The notes beneath the pieces were generated by a model. The model was not told the origin of the DNA. It made no database searches and saw only the letters and a program-made list of their open reading frames with translations. A program made the translations under genes and the position numbers. From NCBI GenBank assembly GCA_000990355.1, contig LBSX01000001.1, forward strand, positions 3,392 through 67,391: a stretch of DNA of 64,000 bases, written 5' to 3'. Of this stretch, positions 9,764 through 18,960 are shown piece after piece; within the stretch, counting starts at the first letter, position 1; each line of letters opens with the position of its first letter. Source of the DNA: Candidatus Magasanikbacteria bacterium GW2011_GWC2_37_14 (GTDB lineage: Bacteria; Patescibacteriota; Patescibacteriia; Magasanikbacterales; UBA922).

Positions 9764-11083
9764 ATGACCTATTTACACACTTGGCTTACTAGACAAGTAC
9801 GAATTAGCATTATGCTTAGCTTATTTGCTATTTTTTTTATTGTTTCCCCTACTGTTTTAATGTATACCGCAGGCTACCGTTTTGACTGGGCCACCAAACA
9901 ATTAAAACAAACTGGGGTGATTAGTATAGATATTTTACCAAAAGACGCTCAGATTTATTTAAATAATGTATTACTTGAAGAAAGTTTACCGATTCGTTTA
10001 CCAAATTTGGCTCCTGGCACTTATACGGTAAGATTTTCCGCCAGTGGTTATCAAGACTGGCAAAAAGAAATCACTGTAGAAAGTAAAAAAACCAGTTACT
10101 TAAAAGATATTACTTTATTTAAACAAACTACTCCTACAAAAATTAGCGAAAATGATTTTTCTAATATTTATTTTTCTCATAATGCCGAATATGCTGTTAC
10201 CACACTTAATCCCAAAAATAAAAATGAATATAATTATCAACTTAATTTACTTAATTTAAAAAATAACAATAATCAAGAATTATTAAATATAGAAAGCAAT
10301 ACCCAACCAACAATTTCTTGGTCTACGGAATCCAATTTGGTTTTAATTTATACTTTTTTGAAAAATAAATATAATTTAAAAATTGTTAACCCCGACTATG
10401 CCAACGAAACTCAAAACTATGAATTTAATGAGCCTATAGAAAACTGGCAATGGTCTAATAATTCTGCGCTTTATATATACAGCAATGATGGCATTATAAT
10501 TTTGAACAACAATACTAGCCAAGAAATATACAATAACACCTCTAGTTTATGGTTTATAGATAGCGAAGAAAAACTTTGGACGATTAATAATAATGTTTTA
10601 AGAAAAAATAATTTGGCAGAAATAAATTTGGGTAATAATTTAGAAATTAAAAAAATCATCAACATTAATAAAGACCAAGTATTACTGCAATTGAATAATG
10701 AATTTTTAGCGATTGAATTAAATAATAAAGAATTGAAACACAATGTGCCCGCACAAAATATATATTTTAACACTGGGACCAATGAATGGTTGGTCTATTC
10801 ACCATGGGAATTGTGGTCTGTATATCAAAATGGAACAACAGCACTTTTAACCCGCACTAGCGAAAGCATGGGAGAGATTTTACCCTTAGATAATTTTGGT
10901 TTACTTCTTATTCATTCCAACAACAAATTACTGGGCTTTAATCCCGGCTATTATCTTACTCACGAATTATTAAAAGATGCTGAAATAAAAGAACTAGGAG
11001 TAAATTTAAATTTGGATTTAAGAAAAATTTTCTTCTCTGGCAAATTTGCCGATCAATCTGGCCTTTTTTCTTTGGAATACTAA
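9764..11083 (+). CDS. membrane-anchored PEGA-domain protein, Asn-rich
   Basis: N-terminal TM helix, then a PEGA-like beta domain (DILPKDAQIYLNNVLL...GTYTVRFSASGYQDWQKEITV), then long N-rich low-complexity beta-rich repeats. Confidence 0.5.
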   Translation: MTYLHTWLTRQVRISIMLSLFAIFFIVSPTVLMYTAGYRFDWATKQLKQTGVISIDILPKDAQIYLNNVLLEESLPIRLPNLAPGTYTVRFSASGYQDWQKEITVESKKTSYLKDITLFKQTTPTKISENDFSNIYFSHNAEYAVTTLNPKNKNEYNYQLNLLNLKNNNNQELLNIESNTQPTISWSTESNLVLIYTFLKNKYNLKIVNPDYANETQNYEFNEPIENWQWSNNSALYIYSNDGIIILNNNTSQEIYNNTSSLWFIDSEEKLWTINNNVLRKNNLAEINLGNNLEIKKIININKDQVLLQLNNEFLAIELNNKELKHNVPAQNIYFNTGTNEWLVYSPWELWSVYQNGTTALLTRTSESMGEILPLDNFGLLLIHSNNKLLGFNPGYYLTHELLKDAEIKELGVNLNLDLRKIFFSGKFADQSGLFSLEY

Positions 11084-11415
11084 GTTTTATTTTTTCTGGC
11101 GAAAATAGCAAATGCTAAAAAATAATTTTCTAGCCAGCTACTAGAAGCTAAATAATGACCACTTTGAAGAAAATTATCACAAATAACTTCACGTAAACGT
11201 AGAAGTTCATTTCTTTTATTATTTTGCCAACGCGAATCAGTAATACTTAAATCCAACAATTCCAAAGTTCTCTCCAAGGCCAACAAAGCTTCGGAGTTTT
11301 TATTCTTTGTTTGCCAAGCAGTCACTCTACCAAACTCACTACCCACATTTCCTAATTGCTCGGCCAAACTTAAATTTTGCCAACGTTCGGCAGTGTTTTG
11401 ATGCCACATAATCAA
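11080..11415 (-). CDS. hypothetical small protein (possible all-alpha NTP-pyrophosphohydrolase-like; uncertain)
   Basis: 111 aa. The 4-nt overlap with the upstream 115-aa gene suggests a two-gene operon. Confidence 0.4.
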   Translation of the reverse strand: MIMWHQNTAERWQNLSLAEQLGNVGSEFGRVTAWQTKNKNSEALLALERTLELLDLSITDSRWQNNKRNELLRLREVICDNFLQSGHYLASSSWLENYFLAFAIFARKNKT

Positions 11416-11759
11416 ACGATTAAACTTTGGATGATTTCTTTAATACTATTTTGTATTTCTTTGCTTTCTATATTCATAGAGCGATTATTTTGTGCCGGAC
11501 GAATATTTATTAAAGAATGAAATTCAATAAAATTTTCTGGACTTTGCTCTGGATAAATATTAAAACCCCACAAATTTGCTTGTACCGAACCATTGGCCAA
11601 AAGAATTTCTTCGGCATCGGCGTGCATTTCTCCACCCAAGGCAATTATTTTCCGCTCAATATCTGCCACACCTTTAACCATATCTCCAAAAGTTTCGCTG
11701 GCTAATTTTTTTATTTCGGCTAAATTTATTTTTTTATTTACAATAATAATATTTTGCAT
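11412..11759 (-). CDS. hypothetical small protein
   Basis: 115 aa, translationally coupled to the downstream 111-aa ORF. Confidence 0.4.
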   Translation of the reverse strand: MQNIIIVNKKINLAEIKKLASETFGDMVKGVADIERKIIALGGEMHADAEEILLANGSVQANLWGFNIYPEQSPENFIEFHSLINIRPAQNNRSMNIESKEIQNSIKEIIQSLIV

Positions 11760-11783
11760 ATATTACAATAATACACTATCCAC

Positions 11784-11812
11784 TTGACAAAAGCAAGAAA
11801 ATGTGCTATAAT
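11784..11812 (+). promoter_or_regulatory. Consensus sigma70 promoter: TTGACA-17 bp-TGcTATAAT
   Basis: TTGACA at 11784-11789, exactly 17 bp spacer, extended -10 TGCTATAAT ending at 11812. It points into GC-rich island 1. Confidence 0.6.
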
Positions 11813-11918
11813 ATTACGTTATTGCTAGAGTGGCGAATTTGGCTTAGTTAAGCTATTTTCATCCCAAGCAATATAGAGTGAACCTTACAATTTAGTTGAG
11901 TTTACAGTGTCATCAAGC

Positions 11919-11981
11919 GTCATTCCCGCGAAGGCGGGAATCTATATTTCATTGTAAGATCTCCGCCTGCGCGGAGATGAC
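11919..11981. repeat. Bipartite palindromic element (GTCATTCCCGCGAAGGCGGGAATC ... GATCTCCGCCTGCGCGGAGATGAC)
   Basis: Same architecture and near-identical arms to the copy at 58217-58278. It lies in the 5' leader of the GC-rich gene. Confidence 0.7.
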
Positions 11982-12123
11982 GCCAAACAAACGCACCAAA
12001 GGGTGTCTAAATTCTTATCTTTGTACAGGTAAGAACCTAGATGCCCTTTGGTCGAGGGGGCTTCATTCGCTCGGAAATCCCGAGCACGAAAATTTCGACC
12101 ACGAACCACCATGGGAGAGACAG

Positions 12124-12867
12124 ATGACGAAGGGATACCAGTACCCCTACCGCACGAAATTGTGGGACCCGATGAGCGTGCGCCTGATCGAAGTGCCAAC
12201 CGACGCGGTCGGCTGCGTCATTCGCGGCCGCCACGCCGAGCCGGTGCGCGTGGGCCCGGACCACGCGCGCTCCCTGACGCCCGATGGCATCGCCATGGCC
12301 ATGACGGTTCAGATCCAGTACAGGGCGCTCATCGGCTTCCTGGGGAAGCACTTCGCCGAGCCGGCCTACTGGGCGTCGAACGCGGTGCGCTCAATCGTGA
12401 GCACGGCCCTGGCCACCGGGGCCGAGGTGGTGGAGCAGGACTCCCTGCTCAACTTGACGATCTCTATCGCCAAGGCGCCTGACCCCGAGGGCTGCCACGC
12501 CAACTTCCACGAGCACTGCGTGGCCAAGGGCATCAAGCTGGGCGAGATGTTCCGCTGGGTCACGGAAGATCCGGCGCGCTTCGGCGACCAGCCCGTGGAA
12601 GAGGCGCTCGCCAAGTGCAACGCCTTCAACACCAAGCTGATCGCGACCAGCGGCAACGAGGGACGATTCAAGGTCACTTTCGACCACGAACCGGCCAACT
12701 CGCTGTGGGCGAGGAGGAACGGCGTCTCGTTGGACGATCTAGGCCTGGACGTGCTCCAGGCCTACATCATCTTCCTGGGTGGACCGCACGGACACGTCCT
12801 CAGTGTCCAGAAGTTCTACCCGGACACCACCGCGACCCTGCCGGTCGTCTCCGCCACCTCGCGCTGA
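12124..12867 (+). CDS. hypothetical protein encoded by a ~64% GC island (possible horizontally acquired cargo)
   Basis: 247 aa from the ATG at 12124, with GGGAGAG RBS-like sequence 5 nt upstream; MTKGYQYPYRTKLWDPMSVRLIEVPTD.... An upstream 28-codon ORF (12041-12127) ends in a TGA that overlaps this ATG. The track ORF begins further upstream at a TTG, and an ATG at 11977 is an alternative start. Confidence 0.5.
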   Translation: MTKGYQYPYRTKLWDPMSVRLIEVPTDAVGCVIRGRHAEPVRVGPDHARSLTPDGIAMAMTVQIQYRALIGFLGKHFAEPAYWASNAVRSIVSTALATGAEVVEQDSLLNLTISIAKAPDPEGCHANFHEHCVAKGIKLGEMFRWVTEDPARFGDQPVEEALAKCNAFNTKLIATSGNEGRFKVTFDHEPANSLWARRNGVSLDDLGLDVLQAYIIFLGGPHGHVLSVQKFYPDTTATLPVVSATSR

Positions 12868-13030
12868 TTCCCACCGCCACCTCTCACCTCTCTCGCCCCC
12901 TGCCACGTCGTCGTCAGACTTTACGTGGTCTCACGGGCACAACTCAACATCAAGGTTCGCTCTCAACCCCCGTGGTTCACACCCGGGGGAAGAGACTAAT
13001 TCAATCATTTATAAATGATTGAATTACTTC

Positions 13031-13069
13031 ACACAAAATCCACCAAAAAGGTGGATTTTGTGTTTTTGT
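13031..13069 (+). terminator. Rho-independent terminator (14-bp perfect stem plus T-tract)
   Basis: acacaaaatccacc-aaaaa-ggtggattttgtgt followed by tttt. Confidence 0.7.
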
Positions 13070-13074
13070 CTGAC

Positions 13075-13560
13075 CCCTCCTTACGAAGGAGGGGTGACTT
13101 CGACCTTCGCAGGTCGGAGACGGGGTGGTTAGAGTTTGTTAAGATATTTACAGGTGTTATAAATATCCTCAATAGTTTCATGTAGATATCTAAATACCTG
13201 TTCTGAAGTATATCTGTTTATGGTGAGTCCAAGTGATTTTAAATAATTTTCTTTTTTAATATCTTTTTCTTGCACTAGTTCATCTTCATGAGTACTACCA
13301 TCCACTTCTATAGCTAGTTTTAGTTGTTGACAATAGAAATCTACGACTACATTGCCAACCCCACATTGACGACGAAATTTATAACCTAATTGTCTATTTG
13401 ATAAGTGTTTCCACAAAACTGTTTCACTCTTGGTTGGCTGATTCCTTAAAATCTTTCTTAGTTTGGTTTTTGTTTTTTGATTGAAAATTTTTGTCATACT
13501 TAACCACCTCCCCCCGACTGCGACGTCGGGGTACTCCTCCTTCGTAAGGAGGAGTCAATG
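13075..13560. mobile_element. Candidate miniature mobile element: ~60-bp imperfect terminal inverted repeats flanking a DUF559 endonuclease gene
   Basis: Left arm, 13075-13135: cccctccttacgaaggaggggtgacttcgaccttcgcaggtcggagacggggtggtta. The reverse complement of the right arm, 13500-13560, is tgactcctccttacgaaggaggagtaccccgacgtcgcagtcggggggaggtggtta. Confidence 0.45.
13129..13497 (-). CDS. DUF559-family endonuclease-domain protein (Vsr/restriction-endonuclease-like fold)
   Basis: 122 aa with ETVLWKHLSNRQLGYKFRRQCGVGNVVVDFYCQQLKLAIEVDGSTHE, the characteristic DUF559 motif set. Confidence 0.7.
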   Translation of the reverse strand: MTKIFNQKTKTKLRKILRNQPTKSETVLWKHLSNRQLGYKFRRQCGVGNVVVDFYCQQLKLAIEVDGSTHEDELVQEKDIKKENYLKSLGLTINRYTSEQVFRYLHETIEDIYNTCKYLNKL

Positions 13561-13575
13561 AACAAATACGTAATT

Positions 13576-14165
13576 TTATTTAAATAAAATTTCTCTTTTC
13601 AACTCCCCCAACTCCTTGTACAACACTGTTTTCACACCCAACTTTTTTGCCTCGGCCATATTTATTAATTGATCATCAACCATCATTACTTCATTTGCTT
13701 TTACTTTATAACGATTAAAAAGATAAAGCATGGTAACCTTGCTCGCTTTAGGTAATTTTAATTCCCAAGTATTAATAATATTTTTGCCAAAAATTTTTTT
13801 TAATTCCGGAAAAATATTATTAATGTCTTTAAATTGTGGTCGGGTATTTTTGGATAATAGCAAAGTCTTAATCCCCCGCCTGCCATGCCGGCTTAAGGCA
13901 AAATTTGTTTATTCAAACCAAAAGTTGAATAATGAATTTGTTTTAATTCTTTGCCAGTAATTGATATGTTTAAAGCTTTGACCGCTTTTTCCCAAGCAGA
14001 CTTTTGACTTATCTTTCTTTCAGCAGCTTCATTAAAAAATCCATATATAATTTTATAAGCATGTTTCTCATTAATTTTAAATCTCTTGGCTACTTTTTTT
14101 GCAGTAAACGGATAACCACCAGTAATTACTACTCCGTAAGCATCAAAAATAATTAATTTGATCAT
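13576..14165 (-). pseudogene. HAD-superfamily hydrolase split into two ORFs (13893-14165 N-half, 13576-13863 C-half)
   Basis: The N-half has motif I (IIFDAYGV). The C-half has motif III/IV (MMVDDQLINMAEAKKLG). The halves are separated by a stop plus frameshift within a 29-nt GC-rich segment (cccccgcctgccatgccggc). The C-half starts at a TTG in the track. Confidence 0.4.
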
Positions 14166-14170
14166 AATTT

Positions 14171-14283
14171 GTCATCCTGAATTTACCTGCCTATCGGCAG
14201 ACAGGTTTCAGGATCTTTCATAAAATAATATTTATTTAGTAAGTTAGATTAAGGGATAGATGCTGAAACAAGTTCAGCATGAC
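14171..14283. repeat. Bipartite palindromic element, GTCATCCTGAA..TTCAGGATC / GATGCTGAA..TTCAGCATGAC type
   Basis: Near-identical copy at 17367-17479, diverged copies at 23457-23548 and 25056-25147. The 3' hairpin overlaps the stop and last codons (..KLSC*) of the adjacent paralog. Confidence 0.8.
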
Positions 14284-15842
14284 AGCTTTCTCACTATCCC
14301 ATGGCTTGCATCTACTTCTACCAAATCACCATCTTTTAAGACTTGAGTGGCCATTTTGGTGCCGACCACGCAAGGAATATAAAGCTCACGAGAAACAATA
14401 GCCGCATGGCAAATAATACCGCCTAAATCAGTAACAATGGCCACAGCTTTTTTTATAGCTGGCATAATATCTGGACTAGTGGCATAAGAAACCAAAACAT
14501 TCCCCTTCTCCATTTTGTTAATTTCTTTTGGTGAATTAATAATTTTTACAATACCACGCACTTTGCCCACGCTAGCACAATCACCCACAAGTTGATTTAC
14601 TTTTTCGGTCTTTTGCTTAATAAATTTTATTTGTTTAACAAAATCTTTGGCTTTTTTGCCTTCGTAAGTCACCCTAGTTTTAGTAGTGCTAAATTGAACT
14701 GCAAAAATTCTTTCATTTAAAATATGCTCATTTGGGCCTTTATTTTTTAACAAATTTTTTAATTCCCAAGAATATAATCTATTTATTTGGCTCATAGACA
14801 ACTGTTGTCGTCTAGCCACTTCTCGTAATAATTTTTGCAACACATAACAACTGTAATATTGAACATCTTTGCGATAAGATTTTGAATAAACAAAACGCTG
14901 GGCCAATTTAAACAATTCTTGAAATTCACTGCGAATTTCCAGATCTTTAATATAATTCTTTTGCGCTCGAATAATTTCTTGTTTTTTATTGGCAATTTTC
15001 TTTAATTCTTCTTCGGGATTTGTTTTTTGTTGCAATAAGCGAATAAGGGAATCTACAAAATAATCAATCCCCCACTCTGGCCCCATATACATAAAAGGCA
15101 ACCAACAATATTTTTCATAATGATTTTTTAAAGCTAACCAAGATTTTTTATCTACCAATTGCCAAGTACTTATTACTTTTTGTAAATCATTGCGAAGCAA
15201 AAAATTTACCAATTTTTTATTTTGTTTGATCTTTTGTAAAAGTTTTAACAAATCAATAGTTTCTTTTTGCGCAAAAGTTTCGGTTGTAGGAGTAGTGAGA
15301 ATACTAAAAACATCACCCACTGAGATTTTTAATTTATTTGCTTGAATTTTTTGCTTAAGATAATTATTTAAATGATTGGAAAATAAGTTTTTTTCAAAAT
15401 CTACTAATACTATTGGCCAACCAGCACACCAAGTATTGTGCAATCCCTTAAACCATTCTGCCCCGAGTTTGGCCAAATCCTTATCAGAAGTATTTTTTAA
15501 ATTTATTTTTTCCAATTTTTGTGAAAAAACAAAAAACTTGTGAGCATTGTTTAATGTTAATTCATCCGTCTTTATTCCCCATTCAGGATTACTAATAATT
15601 TTATTAAAAATCTCATTTGTACAAACACGTAAATCTTCCAAACGATAATAATACAAAAAATCGTCATTTTCAAAAATATCCAGAGTGTCACCCGGATTAG
15701 TTTTTAAATGATGAATACTCTTAAAATATTTATTCACCAAAATAGAATCAGCCAAACAAAAATGAAAAAATGGCGCCCGTGGTATGCGCTCTAAAAGAAA
15801 AAAACTAGGTGATTTTTTTGACATAAAATTAATTAGCTTCAC
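14274..15842 (-). CDS. PEP-utilising-enzyme mobile (phosphohistidine) domain protein, array paralog 1
   Basis: 522 aa. C-terminus GDCASVGKVRGIVKII...GNVLVSYATSPDIMPAIKKAVAIVTDLGGIICHAAIVSRELYIPCVVGT is the PEP-utiliser swivel His domain. N-terminal shared motifs: FSILTTP, KYCWLPFMYMGPEW, SKSYRKD. Confidence 0.75.
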   Translation of the reverse strand: MKLINFMSKKSPSFFLLERIPRAPFFHFCLADSILVNKYFKSIHHLKTNPGDTLDIFENDDFLYYYRLEDLRVCTNEIFNKIISNPEWGIKTDELTLNNAHKFFVFSQKLEKINLKNTSDKDLAKLGAEWFKGLHNTWCAGWPIVLVDFEKNLFSNHLNNYLKQKIQANKLKISVGDVFSILTTPTTETFAQKETIDLLKLLQKIKQNKKLVNFLLRNDLQKVISTWQLVDKKSWLALKNHYEKYCWLPFMYMGPEWGIDYFVDSLIRLLQQKTNPEEELKKIANKKQEIIRAQKNYIKDLEIRSEFQELFKLAQRFVYSKSYRKDVQYYSCYVLQKLLREVARRQQLSMSQINRLYSWELKNLLKNKGPNEHILNERIFAVQFSTTKTRVTYEGKKAKDFVKQIKFIKQKTEKVNQLVGDCASVGKVRGIVKIINSPKEINKMEKGNVLVSYATSPDIMPAIKKAVAIVTDLGGIICHAAIVSRELYIPCVVGTKMATQVLKDGDLVEVDASHGIVRKLSC

Positions 15843-17358
15843 TAATAATATTAACTAGACCCTTGTTTGCATCTACTTCTACTTCGTCTCCATCCTTTAA
15901 TATTTGCGTACCTATTTTGGTACCTATAACGCACGGGATATTTAACTCACGCGAAACAATAGCAGCGTGGCAAGTAATACCACCAACATCTGTAATAATT
16001 GCTTTGGAAATTTTCATTAGTGGCATCATGTTAGGATTGGTGGCATAGCTTACCAAAATATCATGAGCATAAAATTTTCCATAATCCTTTTGGTCTAACA
16101 CAACTTTTACCACACCTCTAACCTTGCCAGGACAAGCACATTCACCAATTAGTACTTTTAAATTTTTATCTATAACCAACTTTTCTAAATTATCCCTATA
16201 CTTTTGTGCTTCATCACCAGCAAATAATTTTACTTTTAAATTTTCACAAGCATAAACGGATAACTTTATTCTCTTATTAACCAAATTATAATCAACTTCT
16301 TTTTTGTTTAATAAGATTTCACTTAATTCTTCTATTGATAAGTAATGAGCTTGGTGAGCACTAAGATAATTTCTTTTACCTATTTCTGTAAGTAACAAAT
16401 GATAAGAATAGTTTCCGCAATATTCAACATCTTTTCTGATCGCTTTTGAAAATCCCAATTCCCTTATTAACCAAACAAGATGCATCTCATATTTATTTAA
16501 AAGCAATTCCTTTTCCCAAAATTTCTGAATTTTGCTAAAATCTTTTTGATTTTTTCTAATATCTACTTCTAAATCAAAAGGATCCTTACGAACTAGTTCT
16601 ATTGTTGATTGTATTATATCTTCTAAAGATAATAATGGCCCTTCAAAACCAAAACTTAACCATTTATATTTATCCCAATGCTTAAACAAGATTTCTTTTA
16701 ATCCAATGTAATTGTCTAAATCACGACTAATTTGGGAAAAATCATTTTTAAAAAATTCATCCCATTTTTTGTTCTTAACAATTTTTTTAGCAATTAATAA
16801 TAATTCATCACGTTCTTTTACTAAATAAGTTTTTTTATTATTAGTGGATAAAATTTGAAACAACTCCTCTGTACCTATTCCTAATTTTAGCTCATTTACT
16901 TTAGATTTTAACAACAGTTTTACTTTTTTGGATAAAAGTTGATGTTCATATTCAACAAACGAAATTAATACGCCCCAAGAAGCTAATTTTAAAAATAAAT
17001 CTCTAAAATCAATAATTAAATTATTTAAATTACCATCTGTTTGTTTATTTAAATCCAAATTAATTACTTTTTTAGAAAAATCATAAAATCTATCAAGAAA
17101 AATAGTTGTATTTTGTAAAACTTTCTGTGAATATACTTTATCTTCCAAATGACTCAAAATATACTTACCCGCTTTATGGTAATCTTGCCAATGTATACCT
17201 TGTGTCAATTCACCATTATTCCTTAGCTCTACGAAATGATCAACTGCCGCTGTGCGACCGCAGGTTTTAGCAAAAAATGCGCCTGTAGCTTGAATATGGT
17301 AGGCATATGGAAACAAATTGGCGTTATATTGTTGATTAAGTATTTTCCATTTACGCAT
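15829..17358 (-). CDS. PEP-utilising-enzyme His-domain protein, array paralog 2
   Basis: 509 aa; ...GECACPGKVRGVVKVV...GGITCHAAIVSRELNIPCVIGT. Overlaps paralog 1 by 14 nt. Confidence 0.75.
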   Translation of the reverse strand: MRKWKILNQQYNANLFPYAYHIQATGAFFAKTCGRTAAVDHFVELRNNGELTQGIHWQDYHKAGKYILSHLEDKVYSQKVLQNTTIFLDRFYDFSKKVINLDLNKQTDGNLNNLIIDFRDLFLKLASWGVLISFVEYEHQLLSKKVKLLLKSKVNELKLGIGTEELFQILSTNNKKTYLVKERDELLLIAKKIVKNKKWDEFFKNDFSQISRDLDNYIGLKEILFKHWDKYKWLSFGFEGPLLSLEDIIQSTIELVRKDPFDLEVDIRKNQKDFSKIQKFWEKELLLNKYEMHLVWLIRELGFSKAIRKDVEYCGNYSYHLLLTEIGKRNYLSAHQAHYLSIEELSEILLNKKEVDYNLVNKRIKLSVYACENLKVKLFAGDEAQKYRDNLEKLVIDKNLKVLIGECACPGKVRGVVKVVLDQKDYGKFYAHDILVSYATNPNMMPLMKISKAIITDVGGITCHAAIVSRELNIPCVIGTKIGTQILKDGDEVEVDANKGLVNIISEAN

Positions 17359-17366
17359 ATTATTTT

Positions 17367-17479
17367 GTCATCCTGAATTTACCTGCCTATCGGCAGACAG
17401 GTTTCAGGATCTTTCTTAAAATAATATTTATTTAGTAAGTTAGATTAAGGGATAGATGCTGAAACAAGTTCAGCATGAC
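17367..17479. repeat. Bipartite palindromic element (copy of 14171-14283)
   Basis: ~120 bp near-identical to 14165-14290, including the AT-rich spacer. Confidence 0.8.
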
Positions 17480-18960
17480 AGCTTTATTACATCTCCATTA
17501 TTACCATCAACTTTTACTAAATCATTATCTTTAAAAATCTTAGTCGCAACTTTTGAACCGACCACACAGGGTTTTTTCATCTCGCGTGCCACAATCGCTG
17601 CATGACAAGTAATGCCACCAATATCAGTGACAAAAGCACTGGCTTTTTTCATGGCTGGTAAAAAATCAGGTGAAGTTTGAACAGCTATTAAAATATCTCC
17701 CTCTGCTACTTTATCAATATCCTTGGCTGTTAAAACCACCTTGGCCTTGCCAGTTGCTTCACCAATATAGGCAACCATACCATGAACCGAAGTAGTATTA
17801 ATATTAAATTCCTCTTGGGCTACGTTTTCTGCCAAATATTTTTCAGCGGCTTTTCCCGTTAAATAAAAAAACTTTTTACCTGGTTCCTCTATACAAACAC
17901 AATGTTGTTTTCTTCCGGCAACTGGTAAATCCTGTATATCCAACTTACCAGCCAAAATATCCAAAAGTTCATACAAACTACAGCGATGTAAATTTACTTT
18001 GGAAATTTCTAATAGTTCTGCCGCCCTATCTAGTAATAAATCTAGGGCAAAAAACATCTTAAACTCGGTTTCAGTGCGGTATTGTTTGTTATACATCATA
18101 TCTCGCGCACCTTTAAACAAATTTTGCTCTACCTCACTCAACTGCAATTTTTCAACTAATTCCTCTTGTTTGACAGCAAATAACTCAAGTTCTTTTTCCG
18201 CCTCTGCCAAACGACTTTCAATATTGCCCATAGTCAAAATCTCTTTTACCTCTTCTACATAAAATTTTTCATCATGTGAGGGGCCAACATAGCCAAAATC
18301 AAACCAAATATATTTTTCTTTTAATTTTTTTATCCGAGGATCATTTACTGCCAAATCACTCTTACCTTGACGTGAGACAATTAAAGCCAATTCAAATAAA
18401 TCTAATTTTAAATCTCGGGCAAAAATATTTTTTATGGGAGTAATTAAAATACTAAAAGCCTCGTTGATATTTATATTTAACTTTAAATCCTCTACTTTTT
18501 TCTTAATAATATCTTTTAGTAAAGTGGAAAGTTTGTAATGACGCAAATCCGAAACTACGGCCACAAAACCCACTCCACACAAATCTTTGCCAGCCTGATA
18601 AAGTTTGCCAATATATTTGGCTAATTTAGCTTTGTTAAATTTTGTCAGATCTTCTTTCATTATTTTATCCGACAATTTAATCACTTTTTTACCTAAGCTT
18701 ATTTCCTCTTTTAAAACTTGAGTACTGTAATTTTTGTCATTTTTTAATTTTTCAATAATAATTTCTCCCATGGCCGTAAAATTTTCCAAATCTCCATACC
18801 AATTAGTACTAGTGTCTTCATGGTGTTCCAAAAAAGAATAGTCAAATTTTAAGGGGGCAGTATGAGGGAAACTGTATTTTTCATGAAAACCCCATTGATT
18901 AAGGCTTAGGGTCAATGGCGTAACTCCTTGTTCTTGATGTAAAATTTTAGATTTTTTCAT
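17470..18960 (-). CDS. PEP-utilising-enzyme His-domain protein, array paralog 3
   Basis: 496 aa; ...GEATGKAKVVLTAKDIDKVAEGDILIAVQTSPDFLPAMKKASAFVTDIGGITCHAAIVAREMKKPCVVGS. Confidence 0.75.
   Translation of the reverse strand: MKKSKILHQEQGVTPLTLSLNQWGFHEKYSFPHTAPLKFDYSFLEHHEDTSTNWYGDLENFTAMGEIIIEKLKNDKNYSTQVLKEEISLGKKVIKLSDKIMKEDLTKFNKAKLAKYIGKLYQAGKDLCGVGFVAVVSDLRHYKLSTLLKDIIKKKVEDLKLNININEAFSILITPIKNIFARDLKLDLFELALIVSRQGKSDLAVNDPRIKKLKEKYIWFDFGYVGPSHDEKFYVEEVKEILTMGNIESRLAEAEKELELFAVKQEELVEKLQLSEVEQNLFKGARDMMYNKQYRTETEFKMFFALDLLLDRAAELLEISKVNLHRCSLYELLDILAGKLDIQDLPVAGRKQHCVCIEEPGKKFFYLTGKAAEKYLAENVAQEEFNINTTSVHGMVAYIGEATGKAKVVLTAKDIDKVAEGDILIAVQTSPDFLPAMKKASAFVTDIGGITCHAAIVAREMKKPCVVGSKVATKIFKDNDLVKVDGNNGDVIKLSC

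Noticed and set aside
11977-12123. Longer N-terminus for the GC-rich protein (start at ATG 11977 or TTG 11896)
   Set aside because: The upstream part is AT-rich, Cys-rich and low-complexity, and runs through a palindromic element. The ATG at 12124 with GGGAGAG spacing and the GC shift is the more plausible start, though the longer form cannot be excluded.
12037-13022. Six overlapping ORFs (12037-12351-, 12048-12482+, 12366-12698-, 12391-12687-, 12615-13022+, 12779-13018+) around the GC-rich gene
   Set aside because: High GC suppresses stop codons in all frames. These overlap the better-supported 12124-12867 CDS and have arginine/proline-rich junk composition.
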